A stretch of 63,942 bases of DNA, filler included, from Dehalococcoidia bacterium (GTDB taxonomy: Bacteria > Chloroflexota > Dehalococcoidia > DSTF01 > JACRBR01), in the NCBI GenBank assembly GCA_041494685.1. It is 3 parts of 3 records of this genome, joined end to end, with 100 filler letters (N's around TTAATTAATTAA, not from the genome) between each part and the next. Parts side by side here need not be neighbours in the genome. Positions count along the whole stretch, not along the records: positions 30,426 to 60,206 come from JBGQBE010000043.1; 2 more parts are not named here. One strand, given 5' to 3'. Under the pieces are notes generated by a model, which saw only the letters and a program-made list of their open reading frames with translations, ran no database searches and was not told where the DNA came from. Numbering within the stretch: the stretch's first letter is position 1; the number at the start of each line of letters is the position of its first letter. This document shows, one piece after another, positions 50,308 to 59,115 of the stretch. The position numbers were made by a program, and so were the translations under genes.

Positions 50308-51009
50308 ATGACGCGGCTCTCCGACCTCTGGCAACTGCAGGAAACCGACTCCGCGCTCGATACGCGGCGTGCGTCGCTGGCCGACGCGGAGGCGCGACTG
50401 TGCGAGAGCGAAGAGCTGATCGCGGCGCGCGCGCGGGCCGAAGAGTTGCGCGCCGCACTCCGTGCCGCGGAGAGCACGCAGAGGGACGTCGACCTGGAGG
50501 CGGGCGAACTGCGCTCGAAGATCGCGCCGCAGGAGGCGAAGCTCTACAGCGGCACGATCAAGAACCCGAAAGAGCTGGCAGGGCTGCAGGCCGACATCGA
50601 CCAGCTCAAGCGCCACCTCGCCGCCGTGGAGGACCGCGATCTCGAAGCGATCGCAGCGGTTGAGGCGGCGGACGCCGAGTACCGTGCCGCGATCGCGGAA
50701 CTCGCCGTGATCGAAGCGGCCTGGCGCGAGGAGCAGGCGGAGCTGGCCGAGCGCGTGCAGCGGCTGGCCGGCGAGATTCTCGAATACGACGAACAGCGGC
50801 GCGACCGGACCGAGTACGTCGACGATCCCGAGCTGATCAAGATGTATGACCGGCTGCGGGTGGCTCACCAGGGGCGGGCGATGGCGAAGCTGGACCGCAA
50901 CCTCTGCCTGGGCTGCCGCATCTCGCTTCCGCTGAATCTTGTGAACAGGGCGAGGGCAGGGAGCGCGCTCGTGCAGTGCCCGAACTGCGAGCGCATCTTG
51001 CTGGCATAA
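50308..51009 (+). CDS. Coiled-coil C4 zinc-ribbon protein (DUF164/CT398-like)
   Basis: LWQLQETD, NPKEL..LQ, CLGCRISLP...CPNCERIL; TATAAT at 50194-50199. Confidence 0.88.
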   Translation: MTRLSDLWQLQETDSALDTRRASLADAEARLCESEELIAARARAEELRAALRAAESTQRDVDLEAGELRSKIAPQEAKLYSGTIKNPKELAGLQADIDQLKRHLAAVEDRDLEAIAAVEAADAEYRAAIAELAVIEAAWREEQAELAERVQRLAGEILEYDEQRRDRTEYVDDPELIKMYDRLRVAHQGRAMAKLDRNLCLGCRISLPLNLVNRARAGSALVQCPNCERILLA

Positions 51010-51011
51010 CC

Positions 51012-52421
51012 ATGAGGGCAATCGGGTACTTTCGCGAGTCGCTGGCGCGCGATCTTTCGATCGCGCAGCAGAACAAGGCGTTCTTCGAGTTCTGCGAGCG
51101 CGAGGGATACGAACCGGACATGACGTTCGTGGACAGCGCGGGCAGCAACGGCCACGCGCCGGGCTTCCGCCAGCTTCTGACGTACCTCCGCGAACACGAC
51201 AAGGGTTTCGTCGTCGTCGTCGTGCCGAGCATCGCCGGTCTCGGTGGTGACATGCGCGACGCGGCGCGCCGGTACTTCCAGCTCGAAGGCCTCGGCGCCC
51301 AGGTCGCTGCCATGAGCGGCAGCGGCGACGCGACGGCGGAGATCGTAAGCGCATGGAGCGCGCAGGACGACGGGAACAAACTCAGCGACCGCGTGCGCGC
51401 CGCCATGCGCCGCAAAGCGGTCAAGGGCGAAGTGCTGGGCCGGCCGCCCTACGGGTACAGGGTCGGCGCGCGCCACCGGCTCGAACTGATCCCGGAAGAA
51501 GCGGTGGTCGTGCGCTACATCAATCGCCTCTACTTGCAGGAGAACCTGGGCATCCGGCTCATCGCGCGCCGTCTGAACCAGGAGGGGCTCAAGACCAGGC
51601 GGGGCGGCAACTGGAGCATGGTCAGCATCCGCGACATCCTGCGCAACCGCGTCTACCTTGGCACGTACTCGCGCTTCGGGGTGAAGGTCCCCGGCAGCCA
51701 CACGCCACTGGTCTCCGCCGACGACTTCCGGCTCGTGCAGGATAGACTGAGCGCCCGCCGCACGAGCCACGCTCCGCGCATCGCGTCACCGTTCCTGCTC
51801 TCCGGCATCGCCTACTGCGCATCGTGCGGCAACAAGCTGATCGGCGTCAGCCGCAAGCAGTCCTGGAAGCGCCGGAGCGGTGAACAGGTGTCCAACTCGT
51901 ACCGGTACTACCAGTGCGAATCGCGCACGAACCAGAGCGTCTGCGGGTACCACACGCGGCGCGCCGACGACCTGGAGTCGCAGGTGCGCGTCCTGCTCGC
52001 CGGGCTGTTCGCGGACGGCCCCGGCTTTCCGCAGGGCGGCGACGGCGCCGCGGTGCTCTTCGAGCAAGCACGCGAACTCGAGCGCTCGCGAGCGCGGCTC
52101 CGTGCGATCGACCGGAAACTGGAGAGCTACGTGCAGGCGGCCGCGAAGGGCCGGCTGAGCAAGGAGCGCATGCACGTGCTCAGCGTGGTCGCCGCCGCCG
52201 ATCGGCTCTCGGTTGAAGAGACCATCGAGGCCGCCGACCGGCGCATCGGCGAGCACATGGGCGCGGCCGAGCGCACACGCATGCGCGAACGCGACGTGAC
52301 GAAGCTGCTGGACGGCTGGGACGGGCTGCCGTTTGCCGACCGGCATGCAGGCCTGCGCGCCGCGATCGCCCGTGTGACCGTGGGCGACGACGACGACGTC
52401 ACGATCACGTTGCGACCCTAA
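51012..52421 (+). CDS. Large serine recombinase-family protein with degenerate catalytic domain
   Basis: YFRES; recombinase domain PPYGY..IARRLN..W...IRDILRN.VYLG; zinc ribbon LLSGIAYCASCG..YYQC..C; coiled coil. Confidence 0.85.
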   Translation: MRAIGYFRESLARDLSIAQQNKAFFEFCEREGYEPDMTFVDSAGSNGHAPGFRQLLTYLREHDKGFVVVVVPSIAGLGGDMRDAARRYFQLEGLGAQVAAMSGSGDATAEIVSAWSAQDDGNKLSDRVRAAMRRKAVKGEVLGRPPYGYRVGARHRLELIPEEAVVVRYINRLYLQENLGIRLIARRLNQEGLKTRRGGNWSMVSIRDILRNRVYLGTYSRFGVKVPGSHTPLVSADDFRLVQDRLSARRTSHAPRIASPFLLSGIAYCASCGNKLIGVSRKQSWKRRSGEQVSNSYRYYQCESRTNQSVCGYHTRRADDLESQVRVLLAGLFADGPGFPQGGDGAAVLFEQARELERSRARLRAIDRKLESYVQAAAKGRLSKERMHVLSVVAAADRLSVEETIEAADRRIGEHMGAAERTRMRERDVTKLLDGWDGLPFADRHAGLRAAIARVTVGDDDDVTITLRP

Positions 52422-52424
52422 CGG

Positions 52425-53369
52425 ATGGCCGCGAAGAGCATCACGGCCGGTGCGGACGCGGCGCGCGCGCTCGACCTGATCGATGCATGGGCGCGCGAGC
52501 GCGGCGGCAGCGCCGAACGCGGGCCGCTGCAGAACGGCACGCGCGTGCGCCTGCAGGGCGCCGGCCGGCTTGCGGGCCTGAACGTGTACCCGTCGAAGGG
52601 CGGCGGCTGCAAAGTCGTCTTCGACCAGGCTGACGTGCCCGAGGCGGACGAGATCGCGGCGGCCCTGTCGAGCCGCCCGTCCGAGGTGAAGGCGGCGAAG
52701 AGCGCCGGCACCGAGATCGCGCCGGTGGTCGACGCGCCCTGCTGGATCGGCAGCGACGAAAGCGGCAAGGGCGACTACTTCGGGCCGCTCGTCGTTGCCG
52801 CGGTGGCGCTGACGCGCGAGAACTGGCGTGCGCTGCAGGTGCTGGGCGTCATGGACAGCAAGTCGCTGACGGACGCGCGCGCGACGTCGCTGGCAGCGGA
52901 GATCCGCGGCGCGTTTCCGAACGAAGTGATCGTCATCACCCCGAAGCGCTACAACGAACTGTGGTCCAAAATGCGCAACGTGAACCGCCTGCTGGCGTGG
53001 GCGCACGCGCGCGCGATCGAGAACGTCGCCGAGCGTGCGCCCGAGGCGACCGCGGCGGTGGCGGACCAGTTCGGCGACGAGTCGTTGATCCGCAAGGCGC
53101 TGCTGGAGCGCGGACGCGAGTTGCAACTCGTCCAGATGCCGCGGGCGGAGCGCGACCCGGCGGTAGCGGCCGCGTCGATCCTGGCGCGGGCGGAGTTCCT
53201 CCGTCGCCTCGATGCGCTGGGCCGCGAGGCGGGGATGCGGCTGCCGAAAGGCGCCTCGGCGCAGGTCGAGGCGGCCGCGCGGACGCTCGTGGCGGCGCGG
53301 GGCCGCGACGCGCTGGCCGACTTCGCGAAGCTCCACTTCCGGACGACGACGCGCGTGGCGCCGGGCTGA
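52425..53369 (+). CDS. rnhC: Ribonuclease HIII
   Basis: IGSDESGKGDYFGPLVV, DSKSL, DQF, AVAAASILAR, LPKGAS, AKLHFRT; extra N-terminal domain. Confidence 0.9.
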   Translation: MAAKSITAGADAARALDLIDAWARERGGSAERGPLQNGTRVRLQGAGRLAGLNVYPSKGGGCKVVFDQADVPEADEIAAALSSRPSEVKAAKSAGTEIAPVVDAPCWIGSDESGKGDYFGPLVVAAVALTRENWRALQVLGVMDSKSLTDARATSLAAEIRGAFPNEVIVITPKRYNELWSKMRNVNRLLAWAHARAIENVAERAPEATAAVADQFGDESLIRKALLERGRELQLVQMPRAERDPAVAAASILARAEFLRRLDALGREAGMRLPKGASAQVEAAARTLVAARGRDALADFAKLHFRTTTRVAPG

Positions 53370-53405
53370 TCTCGCCGCGTCCGGCGCCCGACACGCTATA
53401 ATCAA

Positions 53406-53766
53406 GTGCCAGCGGGCCGGGTGGCCGCTTCCGGAAACGGGAGAGGAAAGTCCGAACTCCACAGGGCAGGGTGCCGGCTAACGGCCGGGCGTTGCGAGGC
53501 GACGGAAAGTGCCACAGAGACATACCGCCCGCAAGGGTAAGGGTGAAATGGTGCGGTAAGAGCGCACCGGCGTCGTGGAAACACGGCGGCCGGGCAAACC
53601 CCACCCGGAGCAAGGCTACATAGGGGACCGTGTCCGTTTCGGCGGACTAAGGGCTGCCCGTCCGAGAGTCCCGGGTAAGCCGCTTGAGCCGCGCGGCAAC
53701 GTGCGGCCCAGATAGATGGTCACCGCGCGCAAGCGTACAGAATTCGGCTTACAGGCCCGCTGGCAC
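53406..53766 (+). ncRNA. rnpB: RNase P RNA (class A)
   Basis: GAGGAAAGTCC, GGAAAGTGCCACAGA, GGTAAGAGCGCAC, GGCAAACCCC, ACAGAATTCGGCTTA; P1 GTGCCAGCGGGCC/GGCCCGCTGGCAC; TATAAT at 53397-53402. Confidence 0.97.
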
Positions 53767-53907
53767 ACCTGAGGCCCCTTCCGCTGACAGAGCCGCGCGA
53801 CGCCGTCCTTCGGGCGGCCGTTGGTTGATCTATTGTTTTTCGGGCATTTCGCACGTTTCTGATTGATGGCGAAGCTACCGGCGGGCGCGTGGCTGATTGA
53901 TCCCGGG

Positions 53908-53935
53908 AGAACCAAGAACCAAGAACCTGGAACCA
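53908..53935. repeat. 7-bp tandem repeat (AGAACCA)x4, imperfect
   Basis: AGAACCA AGAACCA AGAACCT GGAACCA. Confidence 0.8.
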
Positions 53936-54242
53936 AGGTGGCGCGCGGTGCGGCGCGCACGCGAAGTTTGCTCGGCACTTTTCAGTGTTCTGGCGGCCCG
54001 CCCGGCCGGGGCGGGCGATTTCGTGTTGCATGTGCGGCTCCTTGCGGGCGGCGGCGTGGGCGATGGGCGCGCCCGTCCGCGGGGCGATGGTAGGGGATCG
54101 CGGCGCGGATGTCCTATCCGGGGGTGTCACATGCGAGGGGAGCGGGTGTCTGGCCGCAGGATGGGCGGGCGCCAATGCGCCGCCCGCCACGTTTGCGTTG
54201 CGGCCGTCGAGCGAACACAATGGCCCGACTGAAGGAGGTCTC

Positions 54243-54800
54243 ATGAGAATCCTGATCGGACTGACGATTGCCTGCGCTGCGCTGTTCGCCGCGTGCGGCG
54301 GCGGCAGCAGCAACTCTTCGAAGACGCCCGCGAGCGCGGCTTCGCCATCCACGGGCGGCGTGAAGCCGTCCCAATCCGCCGCCGCGAAGCCGACGACGGC
54401 GGCCGCCGCGTCTCCGGCGGCGCTCAGCGACGGCAACGCGCCGGGCATCCCGGAGTTGAAGGGCGACATCCAGACGACGGCGTCGGGCCTCCGCTACGTC
54501 GACCAGGTGATCGGCAGCGGGGCATCGCCGAAGACCACCGACAACGTCACCGTCCACTACACGGGCTGGCTCACCAACGGGACGAAGTTCGACAGTTCGG
54601 TGGACCGCGGTCAGCCGGCGACGTTCCCGCTCAGCGGCGTGATCCCCGGCTGGACCGAAGGCCTTAGTACGATGAAGGTCGGCGGCAAGCGCCGCCTGAT
54701 CATCCCGGGCCCGCTCGCTTACGGGCCAAGCGGTCGGCCGCCGACCATCCCGGCAAACGCGACGCTGATCTTCGACGTCGAGCTGATCAAGATCAACTAG
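54243..54800 (+). CDS. FKBP-type PPIase, lipoprotein
   Basis: LFAAC lipobox; [40 protein letters not shown]. Confidence 0.92.
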   Translation: MRILIGLTIACAALFAACGGGSSNSSKTPASAASPSTGGVKPSQSAAAKPTTAAAASPAALSDGNAPGIPELKGDIQTTASGLRYVDQVIGSGASPKTTDNVTVHYTGWLTNGTKFDSSVDRGQPATFPLSGVIPGWTEGLSTMKVGGKRRLIIPGPLAYGPSGRPPTIPANATLIFDVELIKIN

Positions 54801-54850
54801 CGCCGATGCCATTCGGATTCGGGCGCAAGAACAAGCAGAGGAGCATGAAC

Positions 54851-55198
54851 ATGGCCGATGCCATCACCACATCCAGCGGGCTGAAGTACATCGATGAGGT
54901 CGTCGGCAAAGGCGACAGCCCCACCAAGGGCAAGAAGGTCCGGGTGCACTACACCGGCCGCCTCACCGACGGCAAGAAGTTCGACAGCTCGGTCGACCGG
55001 GGCCAGCCGTTCGAGTTCATCATCGGCGTCGGCCAGGTGATCCAGGGCTGGGACGAGGGCGTGGCGACGATGAATGTCGGCGGCAAGCGCCAGCTGATCA
55101 TCCCCGCCGAACTCGGCTACGGGTCGCGCGGCGCGGGCGGCGCCATCCCGCCGAACGCGGAACTGCTCTTCGACGTCGAGCTGCTGGCGGTCGGATAG
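54851..55198 (+). CDS. FKBP-type PPIase, cytoplasmic
   Basis: VHYTGRL..GKKFDSS, VIQGW, LGYG, IPPNA.LLFDVEL; GAGGAG RBS. Confidence 0.92.
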   Translation: MADAITTSSGLKYIDEVVGKGDSPTKGKKVRVHYTGRLTDGKKFDSSVDRGQPFEFIIGVGQVIQGWDEGVATMNVGGKRQLIIPAELGYGSRGAGGAIPPNAELLFDVELLAVG

Positions 55199-55201
55199 CC
55201 G

Positions 55202-55984
55202 CTACAGCGTCGAATCCAGGAACCCCATCACGGCGCGGTTGAACGCATCGGGCTGCTCGAAGTAGGCCGAGTGGCCGCTGTCGGCGATCTTCGCGAAGCG
55301 TGATCCCGGCACCGCCCGGTGGCAGCGCTCGATGATCTCCGGCGGCGTGATCGCGTCATGATCGCCCACCAGGAAAAGGATCGGGAATCCGGCCTGCGCC
55401 AGTCGCTCGGCGGAGCTACCGCGATAGCCGAGTATCGGCGCGAGGAAGTCCTTCGGGCGCGGCGGGTTGAGCTTCGCGATCGACCGGTACAAGAAATCGA
55501 GGTCGGCGGCGCGTTCCCGCAACTGCGGCGAGACGGCGCGGTGCAGCAGCGGCAGTTGCCCGATCTCCGTCTCGCGGTAGGCGTCCTGCAGCTCGCGCAC
55601 TCCGTCGTCGACGGCGCCGCCGGTCGTGCCGGCCAGCACCATCGCCTTGCAGCGGCCGGGGTTGCGCAGCGCGAACCCCACGGCGGTGCGGCCGCCCATC
55701 GACTGCGCGACGACGCGCGCCTCGCCGATCTCCAGGTGGTCCAGCAGGTCGCGCAGGTCGTCGTGGAAGCCGCGGCGTCCGATCCGCCCGTCTCCCTCGC
55801 CGTCGATCGAACGGCCGAACGCGCGGTGGTCGAACGTGATGACGCGGAAGCGGCGCGAGAACGCCGGCACCTGCTGCCACCACGAAAGATGGTTGCCGCC
55901 CGCGCCGTGGGCGAAGACGACCGCCGGCCCTTCGCCGTGGGACTCGTAGTAGAGGCGGATGCCATTGACGGGCGCGAAGGGCAT
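55202..55984 (-). CDS. Alpha/beta hydrolase
   Basis: HGAGG, DHRAFGRS, AQSMGG, SGHSAYFE. Confidence 0.9.
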   Translation of the reverse strand: MPFAPVNGIRLYYESHGEGPAVVFAHGAGGNHLSWWQQVPAFSRRFRVITFDHRAFGRSIDGEGDGRIGRRGFHDDLRDLLDHLEIGEARVVAQSMGGRTAVGFALRNPGRCKAMVLAGTTGGAVDDGVRELQDAYRETEIGQLPLLHRAVSPQLRERAADLDFLYRSIAKLNPPRPKDFLAPILGYRGSSAERLAQAGFPILFLVGDHDAITPPEIIERCHRAVPGSRFAKIADSGHSAYFEQPDAFNRAVMGFLDSTL

Positions 55985-56013
55985 ACCGGATTGTACGGGG
56001 CGGCGATCGCGGG

Positions 56014-56047
56014 AGAAACAGAATCGCGAGGGCGGGGCCCTCGCGAT
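56014..56047 (-). terminator. Intrinsic terminator with no upstream CDS on its strand
   Basis: ATCGCGAGGGC-CCC-GCCCTCGCGAT followed by TCTGTTTCT. Confidence 0.7.
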
Positions 56048-56190
56048 GGTTCACTGGATTGGTGCTTTGTTCTGGGTGGGAAGGCGGGGTCAGGGCGCTG
56101 TGTCTGCGGCTTTAGGAGTATGAGCGCCCTGACCCTCTTCCCCAAGTCCCTACGCGCAGGAGGTCAAATTGCACGTTGGTGAGTCCCTAC
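56014..56190 (-). ncRNA. Candidate trans-acting sRNA with anti-SD loops
   Basis: TAAGAT -10 box, two hairpins with CCUCC/CUCCU loops, terminator. Confidence 0.55.
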
Positions 56191-56196
56191 AGCCGC

Positions 56197-56228
56197 ATCT
56201 TAGGACACGGGTGTTAAACGCCTGTTAA
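56197..56228 (-). promoter_or_regulatory. Promoter with tandem TTAACA-N5-TTAACA (OmpR/PhoP-type box) in place of -35
   Basis: 11-bp-period direct repeat 9 nt upstream of TAAGAT. Confidence 0.55.
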
Positions 56229-56388
56229 GCCGCCCATAACATTGCGTTTCAGAAGTCGCCCCGGCTGCGTCACAGCCCGGAGCGCGCCCCAAATAGCCCG
56301 GCCGATGCCACGCCTTCGGACTCCATCGATCGAACGGGCGCGCCACGGTACGCTGCGACGGCGATGGAGCAGCAAGCGGAGGCAGCGC

Positions 56389-57504
56389 ATGAAAATCACC
56401 GAGGTACGGACGCGCCGGTTCGTCTTTAGCCACGAGGACCACCCGTTTCACCCCACGTGGCGGCCGTTCCCGGAGCGTCACCAGGACGTTACCATCGTCG
56501 AGGTCCACACCGACGAGGGCATCACCGGCATCGGGGCCGGCGGCGTGCTGACGCGCCTGAACACGGTCGCGGCGCTCTTCATCGGGAAGGATCCGTTGGC
56601 GATCGAGGAGCACTGGCACCTGCTGCGCAGCATCGCGCACTTCTCGGGGCGGCCGTGGCCGATCGAGGTCGCGCTCTGGGATATCGCCGCCAAGAAGGCG
56701 GGGGTGCCGCTGGCGAAGCTGCTCGGCGGCAAGAACGACAAGCTGCTGGCGTACTGCTCGACTGGCGAGATCCACGGGATGGAGCAGCGCGTCGAAGACG
56801 TGCTGAAGATCCGCGAGCAGGGCTTCAAGGCGGTCAAGCTCCGCTTCCACAACCCGGACTGGCGCGTCGACCTGAAGACCCTCGACGCCGTTCGCACGGC
56901 CGTCGGCGACACGATGACGATCATGGTCGACGGCAACTGGGGCTGGTATCTGCCCGGAGACCGTCGCTCGGGCGCGTGGGACCGCAAGACGGCGCGCGCC
57001 GTCGTCCGCGAGCTGGAGCAGTACGACGTCTTCTGGATCGAAGAGCCGCTCTACGCCTACGACTACGACGGCCTCGCGGAGGTGCGCGCCAACACGACCG
57101 TGCGCGTGGCCGGCGGCGAGCTGAACGCCGGACTGCACGAGTTCCAGGTCTACCTCGACAAGGGCAGCCTCGACGTCTATCAGCCGGACTGCACCTTCGC
57201 GGGCGGCATCACGGTCGCGAAGAAGGTCGCGGGCATGGCGGAGGCCGCGGGACTGCTCTTCGCTCCGCACACGTGGACGAACGGCCTCGGGCTGGCGGCG
57301 AATCTGCAGGTCGCGGCGAGCGTCTCCAACTGCCCGTTCATCGAGTTTCCGTACGACCCGCCGAACTGGGTTCCGGAATACCGCGACTTCATGCTGACCG
57401 AGCCGATGCGCATCGACAAGGACGGCTACCTGCACGTGCCGGACAAGCCGGGCCTGGGCGTGGAGCTCGATGAAGATCGGCTCAAGGCGATCGAGCGTGC
57501 GTAG
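56389..57504 (+). CDS. Mandelate racemase/muconate lactonizing enzyme (enolase superfamily)
   Basis: IEVALWDIAAK, GFKAVKLR, MVDGN, WIEEP, GGE, QPD, APH. Confidence 0.9.
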   Translation: MKITEVRTRRFVFSHEDHPFHPTWRPFPERHQDVTIVEVHTDEGITGIGAGGVLTRLNTVAALFIGKDPLAIEEHWHLLRSIAHFSGRPWPIEVALWDIAAKKAGVPLAKLLGGKNDKLLAYCSTGEIHGMEQRVEDVLKIREQGFKAVKLRFHNPDWRVDLKTLDAVRTAVGDTMTIMVDGNWGWYLPGDRRSGAWDRKTARAVVRELEQYDVFWIEEPLYAYDYDGLAEVRANTTVRVAGGELNAGLHEFQVYLDKGSLDVYQPDCTFAGGITVAKKVAGMAEAAGLLFAPHTWTNGLGLAANLQVAASVSNCPFIEFPYDPPNWVPEYRDFMLTEPMRIDKDGYLHVPDKPGLGVELDEDRLKAIERA

Positions 57505-57880
57505 ATTCGGCGGCGGCGGCGTTGCCCTGATGGCCGGCATGATCCTCTTCACGATCGCCACGCTGGCCGTGGTGGCGTGGGCGTTCCTGGGCGGCGTGGC
57601 GGGCAAGGACCGCGGGCTGATCTTCAAGAACTTCGGCACGACGACGCTCGTGCTCCACGTGAACGACCGGGACTTCACGCTGGAGCCGCAGGAGCAGGTC
57701 ACCGTGCCCGTCGGCGCCCGGCAGTTCCCCCAGACGCTCCGCGTCACGGACACGGCGGGCAACCTCAAGTACCAGCGGGAGTTTGCCTTCAGCGAGTTCC
57801 AGCACTACCAGTTCTACGTCGTGATGGACGACGACCAGTTCAGGACGTATACGGACCCCGCCCTCAAGCCGGGCCCATGA
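57497..57880 (+). CDS. Hypothetical single-pass membrane protein
   Basis: TM helix plus beta-rich domain; coupled between two genes; start uncertain (57497 or 57529). Confidence 0.6.
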   Translation: MRRFGGGGVALMAGMILFTIATLAVVAWAFLGGVAGKDRGLIFKNFGTTTLVLHVNDRDFTLEPQEQVTVPVGARQFPQTLRVTDTAGNLKYQREFAFSEFQHYQFYVVMDDDQFRTYTDPALKPGP

Positions 57881-57890
57881 CGGAGGCCGC

Positions 57891-59111
57891 ATGACCGCAC
57901 CACTGCTGCTGAACGACGTGACGCTGATCGATGGCACCGGCGCGGACCCTCGCCCCCACGTGAGCGTGCTCGTCGAATCGGGACGCATCGCGCGCATCGG
58001 CGCCGCGGGATCGATCGCGCCGCCGGACGGCGCGCGTTCGATCGACTGCGCGGGCCGCACGCTGATGCCGGGGCTCACGGACGCGCACGTGCACTTCGGG
58101 CTGACGGCGCACAGCGATCACGACGCCCTGGAGAGCCATGTCAGCTACGTCTTCAAGGTCGCGGAGAACATCCGCATCGCGTTGGACGAAGGGTTCACCA
58201 CCGTGCGCGACGCTGGAGGCCTGGATCCGGCGTACGCCCAGGCGGTGGCTGACGAGCAGATCCCGGGCCCGCGCATCCTTCCCGCAGGCTCGTTTCTCTC
58301 GCAGACCGGCGGGCACGGCGACCAGCGCAGCCGCTGGGACGAGACACCCGCGCGGTCGATCCCCGGTCTCGTCGCGCACACCGAGATCTGCGACGGCGCG
58401 GACGAAGTACGCCGCGCCGCGCGCCGCCAGATCCGCCGCGGCGCTACCCAGGTAAAGCTGATGGCATCGGGCGGCGTCATGTCGCCCAGCGATCCGCTGG
58501 AGAGCCTGCAGTTCACCGTCGAGGAGATGGCCGCCGCTGTGCACGAGGCAACGGCGTTCGGCACCTACGTCATGGCGCACTGCCACACGCCGGGGGCGAT
58601 GCAGAACGCGCTGGCGGCCGGCGTGCGGTCCATCGAGCACGGGAGCATCATGACCGAGGAGATCGCGCGGCGCATGGCGCAGCAGCAGGCGTACCTCGTG
58701 CCGACGCTCGTGATCCTGGAGATCCTGGCCCGTGGCGAGATCCCCGAGTTCAGCCGCAAGAAGATGGATCGCGTCAGGGGCGAGATGCGCGGCAGCGTGC
58801 AGGTTGCCGCCGCGGCCGGCGTGTCGATCGGCTCCGGCTCGGACCTGCTGGGGCCACGGCAGTCGCGGCGAGCCAGCGAACTCGTCGAGAAGGCGCGGCA
58901 CTTCGGCCCGATGGGGGCGATCGTCAGCGCGACGAGGACGAACGCGGCGCTGTTCCAGATGGAGGACCGCATCGGGACGGTACAGGAGGGCAAAGAGGCC
59001 GACCTGATCCTGGTGCAGGGCGACCCGCTCGGCGACATCGACCTGCTGGTTCAGGCGGAGAACATCCCGCTGGTGGTCAAGTCCGGAGCCGTCGTGAAGG
59101 ACTGCCTCTAG
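57891..59111 (+). CDS. Amidohydrolase family (Xaa-Pro dipeptidase-like)
   Basis: MPGLTDAHVH, GFTTVRDAGG, KLMASGG, MAHCH, SIEHG, GSD, ADLILV.GDP. Confidence 0.9.
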   Translation: MTAPLLLNDVTLIDGTGADPRPHVSVLVESGRIARIGAAGSIAPPDGARSIDCAGRTLMPGLTDAHVHFGLTAHSDHDALESHVSYVFKVAENIRIALDEGFTTVRDAGGLDPAYAQAVADEQIPGPRILPAGSFLSQTGGHGDQRSRWDETPARSIPGLVAHTEICDGADEVRRAARRQIRRGATQVKLMASGGVMSPSDPLESLQFTVEEMAAAVHEATAFGTYVMAHCHTPGAMQNALAAGVRSIEHGSIMTEEIARRMAQQQAYLVPTLVILEILARGEIPEFSRKKMDRVRGEMRGSVQVAAAAGVSIGSGSDLLGPRQSRRASELVEKARHFGPMGAIVSATRTNAALFQMEDRIGTVQEGKEADLILVQGDPLGDIDLLVQAENIPLVVKSGAVVKDCL

Positions 59112-59115
59112 CGCA

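Noticed and set aside
51012..52421. Recombinase as the edge of a prophage or genomic island
   Set aside because: Flanked tightly by housekeeping genes; no att-like direct repeats, cargo or visible composition shift
56120..56182. Plus-strand 20-aa ORF MSALTLFPK... as a leader peptide or type I toxin
   Set aside because: AGGAG is only 1 nt from ATG, the peptide is not hydrophobic, and promoter and terminator signals point to the minus strand
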